From NCBI GenBank assembly GCA_963727505.1, contig CAVSGP010000002.1:271562-335561 (forward strand): a stretch of DNA of 64,000 nt, in the 5' to 3' direction. Below the pieces are notes generated by a model, which did no database searches, was not told the origin of the DNA, and worked only from the letters and a program-made list of their open reading frames with translations. Of this stretch, positions 11,408 through 21,804 are shown one piece after another. Source of the stretch: an uncultured Trueperaceae bacterium. Its GTDB lineage: Bacteria > Deinococcota > Deinococci > Deinococcales > Trueperaceae. The stretch's first letter is position 1. Each line of letters begins with the position of its first letter. The position numbers were made by a program, and so were the translations under genes.

Positions 11408-12763
11408 TCAATGGATGTCGATGCCCGTCTCCCGCCGGTACCGCTGCATCGCCTCCCACTCGGTGGTGACGTCGGGGCGGTCTCGTACGAGTTCGTTCCA
11501 GGTGACCTCGGGCCGGCCCGATTCGACGGGCACCATGGTGATGCAGCCGTCCACGGGGCACACCAGCGAGCACAGGTCGCACCCGACGCAGTCGTCCTCG
11601 CGCACCCGCGGCTGCGGCTTGACGCCGGCGGAGAGCGTGTCGGGGTCGATGCGCGCGCCGTCGACGGTCAGGTCGATGCACTGATGGGCGCCCTCGTCGC
11701 AGGCCACGTAGCAGAGGTTGCACTGGATGCACGTCGTCTCGTCGATGCGCGCCACCGTCTTGAACGACAGGTCGAAATCGCCGAAGGAGGAGATGCGGGG
11801 CACCGAGGCGCCAACCAGGTCCGCCGCCGACGCCGCGCCCTTCTCGTCGAGCCAGTTGGAGAGGCCGTCGACGAGGTCCTCGATGATCCGGAAGCCGTAA
11901 TGCATGACCGCCGTGCAGACCTGTACGTTGCTCGCTCCCAGCAGGAGGAACTCAGCTGCGTCGCGCCACGTCTGCACACCGCCGATGCCGGAGATGGGCA
12001 GCCCGCCCTCCGCGAACCGCGCGTCCGCCGCGACCGCCGAGAGCATGTGCAACGCGATGGGTCGTACCGCGGGACCGGCGAAGCCGCCGTGGCCGCCCTT
12101 GCCGCCGACGTTGGGGCGGATCTCGAGGGTGTCGAGGTCGACGCCGACGATGGAGTTGATGGTGTTGATCAGCGAGACCGCATCGGCGCCGCCGGCCAGG
12201 GCCGCGCGCGCTGGCGGCACGATGTCGGTCACGTTGGGCGTGAGCTTGACGATGACGGGGATGGAGGCCGCATCGGTCACCCACCCCGTGATCATGGTGC
12301 AGTACTCCGGCACCTGGCCGACCGCCGAGCCCATGCCGCGCTCGGACATGCCGTGTGGGCACCCGTAATTGAGCTCGATGCCGTCGGCGCCTGTGTCCTC
12401 GATGCGCTGCACGATCTCGCTCCACGCCTCCGGGGTGGACTCGACCATCGCCGAGACGATCACCGCACGGTCCGGCCACAGGTCCTTGACCTCTTTGATC
12501 TCGCGCAGGTTGACCTCGAGTGGACGGTCGCTGATGAGCTCGATGTTGTTGATCGCCACCAGTTTGTGGGCACCGTACTCGAACGCGCCGTAGCGGTTGC
12601 ATACGTTCAACACGGGCGCGCCGATGGTCTTCCAGACGGCGCCGCCCCAGCCGTACTCGAAGGCCTTGTTGACCTGGTAGGCGCTGTTGGTGGGCGGCGC
12701 CGAAGCCAGCCAGAAGGGGTTGGGGCTGGCGATGCCGGCGAAGGTGCTGGTGAGGTCAGCCAT
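11408..12763 (-). CDS. preA: NAD-dependent dihydropyrimidine dehydrogenase subunit PreA
   Basis: MADL...NPFWLASAPPT, ELNYGCPHGMSERGMG, two C-terminal 4Fe-4S motifs. Confidence 0.95.
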   Translation of the reverse strand: MADLTSTFAGIASPNPFWLASAPPTNSAYQVNKAFEYGWGGAVWKTIGAPVLNVCNRYGAFEYGAHKLVAINNIELISDRPLEVNLREIKEVKDLWPDRAVIVSAMVESTPEAWSEIVQRIEDTGADGIELNYGCPHGMSERGMGSAVGQVPEYCTMITGWVTDAASIPVIVKLTPNVTDIVPPARAALAGGADAVSLINTINSIVGVDLDTLEIRPNVGGKGGHGGFAGPAVRPIALHMLSAVAADARFAEGGLPISGIGGVQTWRDAAEFLLLGASNVQVCTAVMHYGFRIIEDLVDGLSNWLDEKGAASAADLVGASVPRISSFGDFDLSFKTVARIDETTCIQCNLCYVACDEGAHQCIDLTVDGARIDPDTLSAGVKPQPRVREDDCVGCDLCSLVCPVDGCITMVPVESGRPEVTWNELVRDRPDVTTEWEAMQRYRRETGIDIH

Positions 12764-14240
12764 CGCGGCCCCCGTGCGCGGCGGCGCCCTCGCCCTTGCG
12801 GGGTGGCACGAACGCATCGCTGTGCTCCCTGCCCGCCCGGCCTGCGCCGGATCGGCTCACGCCTCTGGGGAGCTCGCGGCCGAGCGGGGCCACCCCGAGT
12901 GCCTCCGCGATGCCTTGCGCCGCGATCTTGCCGTCCTGCGCGGCGGTGACGGTAAGGGCGTGACCGCTCAGGCGGACGCAGTCACCGCCGGCGAAGACCT
13001 TGGGATTGGAGGTGCGGAGCCGTTCGTCCACCTTGACGTAGCCGTGCTCGGTGTCGACTCCGAACGCCTCGAACAGCGGTGCGAGCTTGCTCTGCCCGAT
13101 GGCCTTGATGACCTGGTCGCAGGGCAGCACGAACTCGCTGCCCGGTACGGGCGTCACGCGGCGCCGCCCGTCGCTGCCGGCCGGGCCGAGCTCCATGCGC
13201 ACGCAACGCAACCCGGTCACCTTGCCGTCCTCGCCCAGCAACTCGACGGGTTGGGCCAGCAGCCTGAACTCCACGCCTTCGTTGCGCACGAAGGCTACCT
13301 CGAAGTCGTAGGCCGGCATCTCGTGGTCGCTGCGGCGGTAGGCGATCGTGACCGACGCGGCGCCGAGCCGCCTGGCTACGGTGGCGGCATCGATGGCGGT
13401 GTTGCCCGCACCGATGACGATGACGCGGTCTCCGACCGGCAGGTCGAGCAGCCGCTCGAGCCCGTCCTTCTCGGCCAGCTTGGTCTGGGCGATGAACGAA
13501 AGCGCTTCGATCACGCCGTCCAGGTCCTCCCCAGGGATGCCGAGATCGGGCACCGAGCCGGTGCCGGCGGCCAGGAACACGGCGTCGTAGGAGGCCAGCA
13601 GCTCGTCTGCCGGAACGTCCTTGCCGACCTGTAGGCCGGTACGCATCTCGGCGCCGAGTCGCTCGATGAACTCGACCTCTTCCAGCGACACGCGGATCGG
13701 CTCGCGCAGCGTCACGATGCCGAATGTCGACAGGCCGCCGGGAAGCTCCTGCTTCTCGAACACCGTCGCATGGATGCCGCGCCGGGCCAGCTCGCCGGCG
13801 CAGCTGAGGCCCGCGGGTCCGGCGCCGACGATGGCGACGCGCTTGCCGCTGTCGGGCGGCCGTTCGAAGGGCATGCGGCCACTCTCGTAGAGGGCGTCCG
13901 TGGCGTAGCGTTGCAGCCTGCCGATGGCGATGGGACGGTGCTCGGCGCCGAGCACGCAGGCGCCCACGCACAACTCGTCCACCGGGCACACACGGCCGCA
14001 GGAGTGCCCGATGAGGTTCGACTCGAGGATGGTGGTGGCCGCGCCCAGCACATTGCCGGTGCCGATCTTGCGGATGAAGGTGGGCACGTCGATGCCGGTT
14101 GGGCAGGCACGGATGCAGGGCGCGTCGAAGCAGTACAGACAGCGATCCGCCTCCACGACCGCCTCGTGCGGCGTGAACGGCGGGTTCGTCTCGCTGAACC
14201 GGTCGCGCAACTGGTCCAGGGTCAGCTCGGTCTCACGCAT
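12756..14240 (-). CDS. preT: Dihydropyrimidine dehydrogenase subunit PreT (GltD-like)
   Basis: EADRCLYCFDAPC, VGAGPAG, IGAGNTAID; adjacent to preA. Confidence 0.92.
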   Translation of the reverse strand: MRETELTLDQLRDRFSETNPPFTPHEAVVEADRCLYCFDAPCIRACPTGIDVPTFIRKIGTGNVLGAATTILESNLIGHSCGRVCPVDELCVGACVLGAEHRPIAIGRLQRYATDALYESGRMPFERPPDSGKRVAIVGAGPAGLSCAGELARRGIHATVFEKQELPGGLSTFGIVTLREPIRVSLEEVEFIERLGAEMRTGLQVGKDVPADELLASYDAVFLAAGTGSVPDLGIPGEDLDGVIEALSFIAQTKLAEKDGLERLLDLPVGDRVIVIGAGNTAIDAATVARRLGAASVTIAYRRSDHEMPAYDFEVAFVRNEGVEFRLLAQPVELLGEDGKVTGLRCVRMELGPAGSDGRRRVTPVPGSEFVLPCDQVIKAIGQSKLAPLFEAFGVDTEHGYVKVDERLRTSNPKVFAGGDCVRLSGHALTVTAAQDGKIAAQGIAEALGVAPLGRELPRGVSRSGAGRAGREHSDAFVPPRKGEGAAAHGGRDG

Positions 14241-14303
14241 AGGGCTCCTCGCTCCGGAATCGGTGCACCGTGTTCGTGTGCCGAGAACTTCGCGGCCGGC
14301 TCC

Positions 14304-15170
14304 TCAGGGCGCCACCAGCTCGCCGTAGGCCTCGGGCCGGCGGTCGCGGTAGAACTGCCAGAGGTCGCGAACCTCGCGGATCATGTCCATGTCGAGGTCC
14401 GCGACGATCAGCTCGTCGTCGGTGCGACTGCCCTCCGCCACGATCTGACCCCGGGGGTTCACGAAGTACGACTGACCGTAGAACTCGCCGATATCCCAAG
14501 GCTTCTCGTGGCCGACGCGGTTGATGGCCCCGACGAAGTAGCCGTTGGCGACGGCGTGGGCCGGTTGCTCGAGTTTCCAGAGGTATTCCGAGAGGCCGGC
14601 AACGGTGGCCGACGGGTTGAACACGATCTCGGCGCCGTTGAGCCCCAGCGCACGCGCGCCTTCGGGGAAGTGGCGGTCGTAGCAGATGTACACGCCGATC
14701 TTGCCGACGGCGGTCTCGAACACCGGGTAGCCGAGGTTGCCGGGCTTGAAGAAGAACTTCTCGAAGAAGCCGGCGACCTGCGGGATGTGGGTCTTCCGGT
14801 ACTTGCCGAGGTAGCGCCCGTCCGCGTCGATGACGGCGGCCGTGTTGTAGTAGAGGCCGGCCATCTCCTCTTCGTAGATGGGCACGATCATGACCATCCC
14901 GTACTGCTTCGCCAGCTCCATCATCATCTGCGTGGTGGGGCCGTCGGGCATCGGCTCGGCCGTCTCGTACCACTTCGAGTCCTGCGACGGGCAGAAGTAC
15001 GGGCCGTAGAAGATCTCCTGCAGGCACAGGACCTGCACGCCCTTCCGGCCGGCTTCCTCGATCATCGGGATGTGCTTGTCCATCATCGCCTTCTTGATGG
15101 CGTGGAGGTCGTCGTCGCCCGGGATGGGGTTCGAAGCCTGGATCAAGCCGCCCTTTACGGTGCGCGCCAT
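14304..15170 (-). CDS. Nitrilase-family beta-ureidopropionase
   Basis: E-K-C triad motifs LQEIF, YRKTHIP, ICYDRHFPEG; pathway context. Confidence 0.88.
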   Translation of the reverse strand: MARTVKGGLIQASNPIPGDDDLHAIKKAMMDKHIPMIEEAGRKGVQVLCLQEIFYGPYFCPSQDSKWYETAEPMPDGPTTQMMMELAKQYGMVMIVPIYEEEMAGLYYNTAAVIDADGRYLGKYRKTHIPQVAGFFEKFFFKPGNLGYPVFETAVGKIGVYICYDRHFPEGARALGLNGAEIVFNPSATVAGLSEYLWKLEQPAHAVANGYFVGAINRVGHEKPWDIGEFYGQSYFVNPRGQIVAEGSRTDDELIVADLDMDMIREVRDLWQFYRDRRPEAYGELVAP

Positions 15171-15263
15171 GCGCTCTCCTTCCGTGCACCGGCCGTGTGC
15201 CGGCCCGCTATGGGAATCTTGTCGCTGCCGCGGCGCCGCTGCCAGGGTGACTCACCGGCGCCG

Positions 15264-15283
15264 GTCTGCACAATTATACAGAC
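15264..15283 (-). promoter_or_regulatory. Internal promoter (-10 TATAAT) embedded in an inverted repeat
   Basis: Minus strand GTCTG-TATAAT-TGTG-CAGAC about 100 nt upstream of the 15170 start. Confidence 0.55.
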
Positions 15284-15377
15284 GCTTGAGATTTCACGCA
15301 GGGACGATGCGGCCGGCCGGCTGCGCCGTCCCCCGACTCACCTCCTTCCTGGTTCCCGCGTCGCGTGCGGCACGAGC

Positions 15378-16700
15378 TCACGCCACGTCCGCCAGCGCTC
15401 GTTCCATGAGGTCTGCGGCCTGGTCCACCTCGGCCGCGCTCACGATCAGCGGCGGCGAGACGCGGATGGCATTGCCGTACAGGCCCCCCTTCCCCAGCAG
15501 CAGCCCATGCTCGCGGGCAGCGTTGACGAAGGCGGTGGCGCGGGCCGCGTCGGGGGCCTTACCCCCGTCCGGGACCACGATCTCCAATCCCTGCATGAGC
15601 CCCATGCCGCGCACGTCGCCGATGAAGGGGTGACGGGCCTGGAGCGCCTCGAGGCGCTCCCTCAAGCGAGCGCCCTGGAGCGCCGCGTTCTTCGCAAGCT
15701 CGTGCTTCTCGATGTACTCGATGGTCGCCAGCGTCGCCGCCATGCTGACGGGATTTCCGCCGAAGGTGGCGATGGTGAGCTTGTCGACCGCGGCGGCGAT
15801 CTCCGGCCTGGTCACCGTCACCCCGACCGGCGAGCCGTTGGCGATGCCCTTGGCGAAGACCATGATGTCGGGCTCGACGCCCCAATGATGAATCGCGCAC
15901 ATGTGATCGCCGGTCCGGCCCCAGCCGGTCTGCACTTCGTCGACGATGAGCAACCCACCCGCCTCCCGCACGATGGGGAGGATGCGCTTGAAGTAGTCGC
16001 GGGGCAGCACGATGAAACCACCGACGCCCTGGATGGGCTCGGCCATGAAGGCGGCGATCTTGCCATCGGTGACCGTCGCGAGCGTCTCCTCCAGATCCTG
16101 CACACACAGGTCCAGGAGCTTGTCCTCGTCCAGGCCCAGCGGCGCGCGGTAGACGTAGGGGCTGCGCACGTGCTTGATATAGCCGTCGTAGACGTGCCCC
16201 GAGCGCCAGGATGCGTGCCCGGTGAGGCTCATGGCGGTCTGGGTGCGACCGCTGTAGGCATGCCGCAGGGTGATGACCTCCGCGCGACCGGTGTACATCC
16301 GCGCCGTCATGATGGCGGTCTCGTTGGCTTCGCTCCCGGAGGAGGTGAAGAAGCTGCTCGACAGGCGGCCGGGGGTGATCTGCGCGATCTTCTCGGCGAC
16401 GCGGACGGTGATCTCGTTGAGGTAGAGCGACGACGTGTGCTGCACCCTCTTGAGCTGCTCGATGGTCGCCTCGGTGACCTCGTCGTTGCAGTGCCCCACC
16501 GACACGGTAAGGATGCCGCCGAAGAAGTCGAGGTACTCGCGACCCTCCACATCCCACAGGCGCAGACCCTTGGCCTCCCGCACCGCCAGGGGGTGGTCGC
16601 CGTACATCAGCATCTTGCTGACGATCGGGTAGATGACCTCGCGTTGGCGCTCGAGCAACGCGTCCGTGGCCGCGGCCTGGTTCTGGGATTCGGTGATCAC
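15378..16700 (-). CDS. Class III aminotransferase (AGXT2-like; probable beta-alanine/beta-aminoisobutyrate transaminase)
   Basis: SGSEANETA, AEPIQGVGG, DEVQTGWGRTG, FAKGIANG, TFGGNP. Confidence 0.9.
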   Translation of the reverse strand: MITESQNQAAATDALLERQREVIYPIVSKMLMYGDHPLAVREAKGLRLWDVEGREYLDFFGGILTVSVGHCNDEVTEATIEQLKRVQHTSSLYLNEITVRVAEKIAQITPGRLSSSFFTSSGSEANETAIMTARMYTGRAEVITLRHAYSGRTQTAMSLTGHASWRSGHVYDGYIKHVRSPYVYRAPLGLDEDKLLDLCVQDLEETLATVTDGKIAAFMAEPIQGVGGFIVLPRDYFKRILPIVREAGGLLIVDEVQTGWGRTGDHMCAIHHWGVEPDIMVFAKGIANGSPVGVTVTRPEIAAAVDKLTIATFGGNPVSMAATLATIEYIEKHELAKNAALQGARLRERLEALQARHPFIGDVRGMGLMQGLEIVVPDGGKAPDAARATAFVNAAREHGLLLGKGGLYGNAIRVSPPLIVSAAEVDQAADLMERALADVA

Positions 16701-16728
16701 GCTGATCCTCCCTCGGGCGCGCGCGCCC

Positions 16729-18225
16729 TCAAAACGTGCGGCTCCAGTGATCGGGCCAGCGCTCGATCACGATCTTGGTCTGGGTATAGAACTCGACGCC
16801 GTGATGCGCCTGTGCGTGCAGATCGCCGAAGAAGCTCTCCCCCCAGCCGCTGAACGGGAAGAACGCCATCGGCGCCGCCACGCCCAGGTTGATGCCGATG
16901 TTGCCGGCGTGGACCTCATTGCGGAACTTGCGCGCCGCGGCGCCCGACGAAGTGAACAACGACGCCTGGTTGCCGTACGAACGGTCGTTGACGAGCGCGA
17001 TGGCGTCCTCGATGGAATCGACGTGCATCATCGACAGCACGGGGCCGAAGATCTCGGTGCGGGCGATCTCGCCACGCGGGTCGACCTCGTCGAGGATGGT
17101 GGGGTGGACGAAGTAGCCGTTCGCGAAGCCGTCCACGTCGCGCCCCCGGCCGTCGACCAGGAGCTTCGCTCCCTCCGCGACGCCCTTGTCCACCAGCCCC
17201 TCGATGCGCTGCTTGGACTCGGCCGTGATGACGGGCCCCATCTCCACGCCGTCGTTCATGCCGTAACCGACCTTGCGACTGTCGGCGTTGGCGACCATCC
17301 GCTCCGTGAACTCGCCGCGCGCCTCCCCCACGGTGATGGCGACGGAAGTGGCGAGGCAGCGCTGCCCCGCGCACCCGAACACCGAGTCGGTCAGGATGCG
17401 ACTGGTCATGGTCATGTCGGCGTCGGGGAGTACCACAGCCGGGTTCTTCGCGCCGCCCTGACACTGCGCACGCTTGCCGTTGGCGGTGGCGTGGCTGTAG
17501 ATGTACTTGGCCACCGGGGTGGACCCCACGAACGACACCGCCTTGACGTCGGGGTGCTCGAGGATGGCGTCGACCGTCTCCTTGCCGCCATTGACCAGCC
17601 CGACCACGCCCTTGGGGAAGCCCGCCTCCTCCAGAAGGCGGAACAGCAGCTGGGTGGTCATCGGCACCTTCTCGCTCGGTTTGAGCAGGAAGCAGTTGCC
17701 GGTGGCGGTGGCATAGGGCAGGAACCACAGCGGGATCATGCCGGGGAAGTTGAACGGCGTGACGGCAGCGACGACGCCGAGCGGCTGACGGATCATGTGC
17801 TCGTCGATGCCGCGCGCGATGTCCTCGTTGTTGCGCCCCTGCATGAGGATGGGGGCGCCGCAAGCGACCTCGACGTCCTCGATGCCCCGGCGCATCTCGG
17901 CTTCCGACTCGGCGAGCGTCTTCCCGCACTCCTTGGTGATGCTGGCCGCCAACTCGTCGATATGGTCCTCGAGCAGCCTCTTGAGGCGGAAGAGCGGCTG
18001 GATGCGGTCCTCGACCGGCACCTGACGCCACTCGGCGAAGGCCCGGACCCCTTCGCGCACGGCGGCGTCCACCTCCCGCCTCGGGCTCATCGGCACCTTC
18101 GCGATCACCTCGCCCGTTGCCGGGTTGAGCACCTCCAGGCGCTCGCTGCTCGACGAGCGTTGCCACTCGCCGCCCACGTAGTTGAGGAGATCCTGCACCT
18201 GGGTCGCGCTGTGTTTCGCCGTCAT
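16729..18225 (-). CDS. mmsA: CoA-acylating (methyl)malonate-semialdehyde dehydrogenase
   Basis: [38 protein letters not shown]; start MTAKHS. Confidence 0.93.
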   Translation of the reverse strand: MTAKHSATQVQDLLNYVGGEWQRSSSSERLEVLNPATGEVIAKVPMSPRREVDAAVREGVRAFAEWRQVPVEDRIQPLFRLKRLLEDHIDELAASITKECGKTLAESEAEMRRGIEDVEVACGAPILMQGRNNEDIARGIDEHMIRQPLGVVAAVTPFNFPGMIPLWFLPYATATGNCFLLKPSEKVPMTTQLLFRLLEEAGFPKGVVGLVNGGKETVDAILEHPDVKAVSFVGSTPVAKYIYSHATANGKRAQCQGGAKNPAVVLPDADMTMTSRILTDSVFGCAGQRCLATSVAITVGEARGEFTERMVANADSRKVGYGMNDGVEMGPVITAESKQRIEGLVDKGVAEGAKLLVDGRGRDVDGFANGYFVHPTILDEVDPRGEIARTEIFGPVLSMMHVDSIEDAIALVNDRSYGNQASLFTSSGAAARKFRNEVHAGNIGINLGVAAPMAFFPFSGWGESFFGDLHAQAHHGVEFYTQTKIVIERWPDHWSRTF

Positions 18226-18535
18226 GGTTCGCCGCCCTTCGCTGTGGTCGTATGGCTGCGCCTGGGGGCGCTCGGGTTCTGCGTTGCCGCGGGTCCGTTC
18301 CGCTGCCGGGGGCTGCCGAGCCCCTGCCTTCGCCACCGCACCGCGTCAGCGGTGGCTGCGATGCGACGCTCCCGGGTCTCCGTCTCTCTCGGTATGCCCA
18401 CGACCACGACCCTCCCCCTCCGAGCGCCACGCCATGTGAACCGCCGGTTCCCATCGAGCCACCGGCGCACCGACAGCCTGCCTGTGCGTTCTCGCTACCC
18501 TAGGACCTGGAGCGGGCGAGCGCTAGGTGTCGCCG

Positions 18536-20182
18536 TCACAAATCAAGGGGCGATCGTTTGTTGGAAACCAACAAGGAGGCACGGCACGCGAGCTGCACGC
18601 GGAAGCGGGCCTCGGCATCGCTCAGGTCGAGACCGGTGAGCTCCCCGATGCGCGCGAGGCGGTACCGGAGCGTGTTGACGTGGACCCCCAACGCCGCGGC
18701 GGCCGGGCGCTGCTGGAAGCCGGACGCGGCCAGCGCCTCCAGCGTCTGGCACAGCTCCGGCTTGTCCTCGAGCGGGCGGTAGATCTCCTGCACGAGCAGG
18801 TCGCGGGCGGACGTGTCGCCCCGCAAGATGGCCAGGACGAGCGCCCCATCGACATGCTGGAGCTCACCGAAGCGCAGGCTCGAGACCACCGTGAGGACCT
18901 CCTGGTAGCCCTCGTGGATGCCAGCCAGGCCGATCACCGGGCGCCCGACGACCAGCGCGAGCATGTCCTTCTGCCGCGACCACGACAGCGCAGGGTCGCC
19001 GGCGATCTGGTCCCACAGGCGCTGCGGCGAGATTCGCTCCGGCAGCAGCAGGCGGATGTGCGCCGTCGATGGAGACAGCAACGGCACCGTCCCCTCCCGT
19101 CTCAGCACAAGGCGAAGATCGCCCAGCAAACGCTCCCGAAGCGCGAGGTCCTCCGTCGACAGGGGCTGCGGTACGGCCAGCGCCATCAAGGCCACCCGGT
19201 AGCGGCCGTCGGGTCGAAACCCGTGCAGCCGCGCCCGCTCGAGCAGCGCGTCGGCGCCGCCGTTCCCGTCCGCCCCGCCTTCGAGCAGCGAGTCCACGAA
19301 GGTGTGGCCGAGCTGGGAAACGGTGTGGGCGATGCTGCGCTGGTGCGCGATGGTCAGGCCCGCCACCAGCGCTGCGTGCTCCGAAGCTCGCGCCTCGAGC
19401 TCGCCCAAGGGGGCCTCCCCGCCCCAGATCCACACCCAGCCCTCCACCTTGTCGTGAATGCGGATGGGGCAGATCACGCCGGCTCCGCCGCGGCCGCCCA
19501 CCGCCGGCACCCGTACGGCGCCGACCGTGGCCTGGCCGCGGTCGTGGAGCAGCTGGTCGGCGGCGTCGAGCCGCGCCGCCGCCAGCTCCTGCTCCACCTC
19601 GTGCCGCGAGCCGGCGCGAGTGTGCGCCCCGAGGAGCTGGCCCTGCGCGTCCTCGAAAGCGACGTCGCGCCCCAGCAGGGAGCCGAGGCTGCTGGCGAGG
19701 TCCTCGAGGCTTCCCAGCGCCATGGCCGCGCGCGTCACCGTGCGATGGATCTGCTCGCTCCGCTGGATGGCCCGCAGCTGCTGCTCGATGACGTCGTACT
19801 GCTCCCGGAAGATGGCCGAGTTCAGCTCGAGCGTCAACTCCGAGAACGGGATCTCCCACGGGATCTCGAGCATCGGCAGGTGGTGGCGCGCGGCCTCCTC
19901 GTTGGCCGGCGCCGGAACGCGGTCGATGTACTGCGGCACCGCCACGCCGATGGCGGCCACCCCGCGACCCGCCAGGCCCCTGACGAGCAGCTGCTGCTCG
20001 TACTCGGTCCTGGGCCAGGCGTAACCCGTCGTCAGCACGAGCTGGTCGGCGCGCACGAACGGCAAGGGTTGCGGGTGGTCGACGGCGGCCACCACCTTCA
20101 CCGACCGGTACAGGTGGTCGGCGCCCGCCACCACGCGAGCTCCGTTCAGGATAGGAAGCTCCAGCAGGCCTGCTACGTCCAC
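18536..20182 (-). CDS. PucR-family transcriptional regulator
   Basis: N-terminal PucR domain (LVLTTG, EIPWEIPF); C-terminal HTH AAALGVHVNTLRYRL. Confidence 0.92.
   Translation of the reverse strand: MDVAGLLELPILNGARVVAGADHLYRSVKVVAAVDHPQPLPFVRADQLVLTTGYAWPRTEYEQQLLVRGLAGRGVAAIGVAVPQYIDRVPAPANEEAARHHLPMLEIPWEIPFSELTLELNSAIFREQYDVIEQQLRAIQRSEQIHRTVTRAAMALGSLEDLASSLGSLLGRDVAFEDAQGQLLGAHTRAGSRHEVEQELAAARLDAADQLLHDRGQATVGAVRVPAVGGRGGAGVICPIRIHDKVEGWVWIWGGEAPLGELEARASEHAALVAGLTIAHQRSIAHTVSQLGHTFVDSLLEGGADGNGGADALLERARLHGFRPDGRYRVALMALAVPQPLSTEDLALRERLLGDLRLVLRREGTVPLLSPSTAHIRLLLPERISPQRLWDQIAGDPALSWSRQKDMLALVVGRPVIGLAGIHEGYQEVLTVVSSLRFGELQHVDGALVLAILRGDTSARDLLVQEIYRPLEDKPELCQTLEALAASGFQQRPAAAALGVHVNTLRYRLARIGELTGLDLSDAEARFRVQLACRASLLVSNKRSPLDL
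18558..18574. promoter_or_regulatory. Candidate PucR-type binding site
   Basis: Perfect inverted repeat TTGTTGG-AAA-CCAACAA (TTGT-N9-ACAA) about 55 bp upstream of a TAGGGT -10 facing mmsA. Confidence 0.55.
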
Positions 20183-20354
20183 GATGCGACCTCATCAGCG
20201 CCGCGCGGACGCGCGCTGCGGGCGTTGGCGCCGTACGCGCGGGCCGCGAACGCGACCGGATCGTCCGGCAGGCGCGCCGCACGGTCCGGGCGGCGATACG
20301 GGATGGCGCGAGCTTAGCACCCGGCGACGCGACGGGCCCTGATAGCATCGCGCC

Positions 20355-21776
20355 ATGCCGCGATCTCCTACGTCCTGGCGCCAGACCTACGAGCGTCACC
20401 TGTCCGCCTTGCAGGCACGCACCGGCGTGCCCGGCATCGGGGTCACGCTGTTCACGGCTGACGACGTGCTGCTATCGCGCGGGCTGGGCTTCCGCGACCG
20501 CGAGGCCGGCTTGCCCGTGACCGATGACACCCTCTTCGGCGTCGCCTCCATCACCAAGTCGTTCACGGCGCTGGCCGTGCTTCAGCTCGTGACCGACGGC
20601 CGCTTGAGCCTCGACGATGCCGTCTCCGAGCACCTGCCGTTCACGTTGTGGGACGGCCGCGAGCCCGCGCGCATCCGCCACTTCCTCAGCCACACCAGCG
20701 GCCTTCCCGCGCTCCCGACGATGGATTGGGTGCGCGCGCCCAGCCAGCTCGGCGACCCGGTGACGGGCAGCCAGGCCGAGAAGCAGGTCGCGAACCCCGG
20801 GCCCGACGTCCGTACCGCCGAGCGGTTGGTCGCCTGGATCGACGCCAACGCGGTGCTACTGGGCGAGCCCGGCGAGGTGTTCAGCTACAGCAACGACGCC
20901 TTCTGCCTGCTGGGCGCCATCGTGGAGCGCGTGGCGGGCCAGCCCTTCGACGGCTTCGTGGAGGAGCGGATCGCCCGGCCGCTGGGCATGGCGCGCACCA
21001 CCTTCGACCTCGAGCGCGTGCTGGCGGACCCGGACCACAGCACGCTGTACGAACGAGACGAGACCGGGACGGTACTGCGCTCGCCGCGGTGGGAGACCAC
21101 GGCGCGCCTGCTCGGCGGTGGCATGCTCAAGTCCACCCTCGGCGACCTGCGCCGCCACGTGCGCTACCTGGTGGCCCCTGAGGGCCTCGACCGTCGATCC
21201 GGCGGTCCGGACATCGACCCCGAGCTCGTGCACGCCATGTCGGGCGCACACACCTGGTCCGGGCCCGGCCGGACGTACGGATTCGGGCTCATCACGCAAA
21301 CCGATCACCACGGCATGACGCTGGTGGGGCACGGCGGCAGCCTCAAGGGGGTGTCGAGCCAGATCGGTTGGGTACCGGAGCTCGGGATCGGCGGCGTGGT
21401 GCTGAGCAACCTCGTCGACATCCCCGCCGAAGGGGTGTGGGTGTCGGGCGTGAACGCGCGTACCGGCGTGCCGGTGGACGCCCGCCCGTACGCCCCTGGA
21501 AGCTACGCCGCCAGCGCCGCCGAGGTGGCGGCCGTGCTCGGACGTTACGCGTCCGGAGAGCCGTACGGGCGGCTGCGCCTCTACTTGGACGAGGGCGGCG
21601 CCCTGCGTGCCGGCGTGGGCGCTCCCGAGAAGGACGTCCCCGCCCGCTTCGCCGCCGCCGACGAGATCGCCCTGACGTTCCCCGAACACGAGGCCCCGGT
21701 CACGCTCCTGCGGGGCGAGGACGGCGAGCTGCGCGGCGTGACGTACGGCTTGCGGGCGCTTCTGCGCGAGGCGTAG
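20355..21776 (+). CDS. Serine hydrolase, beta-lactamase/PBP-like family
   Basis: SITK (SxxK), HTSG, FSYSN, GHGG. Confidence 0.9.
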   Translation: MPRSPTSWRQTYERHLSALQARTGVPGIGVTLFTADDVLLSRGLGFRDREAGLPVTDDTLFGVASITKSFTALAVLQLVTDGRLSLDDAVSEHLPFTLWDGREPARIRHFLSHTSGLPALPTMDWVRAPSQLGDPVTGSQAEKQVANPGPDVRTAERLVAWIDANAVLLGEPGEVFSYSNDAFCLLGAIVERVAGQPFDGFVEERIARPLGMARTTFDLERVLADPDHSTLYERDETGTVLRSPRWETTARLLGGGMLKSTLGDLRRHVRYLVAPEGLDRRSGGPDIDPELVHAMSGAHTWSGPGRTYGFGLITQTDHHGMTLVGHGGSLKGVSSQIGWVPELGIGGVVLSNLVDIPAEGVWVSGVNARTGVPVDARPYAPGSYAASAAEVAAVLGRYASGEPYGRLRLYLDEGGALRAGVGAPEKDVPARFAAADEIALTFPEHEAPVTLLRGEDGELRGVTYGLRALLREA

Positions 21777-21804
21777 AGGGCTCACGCGGGCCCCGCCGCG
21801 ACGC

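Noticed and set aside
13770..20317. 1027-aa, 668-aa and 596-aa plus-strand ORFs
   Set aside because: Antisense shadows of well-supported pyrimidine genes
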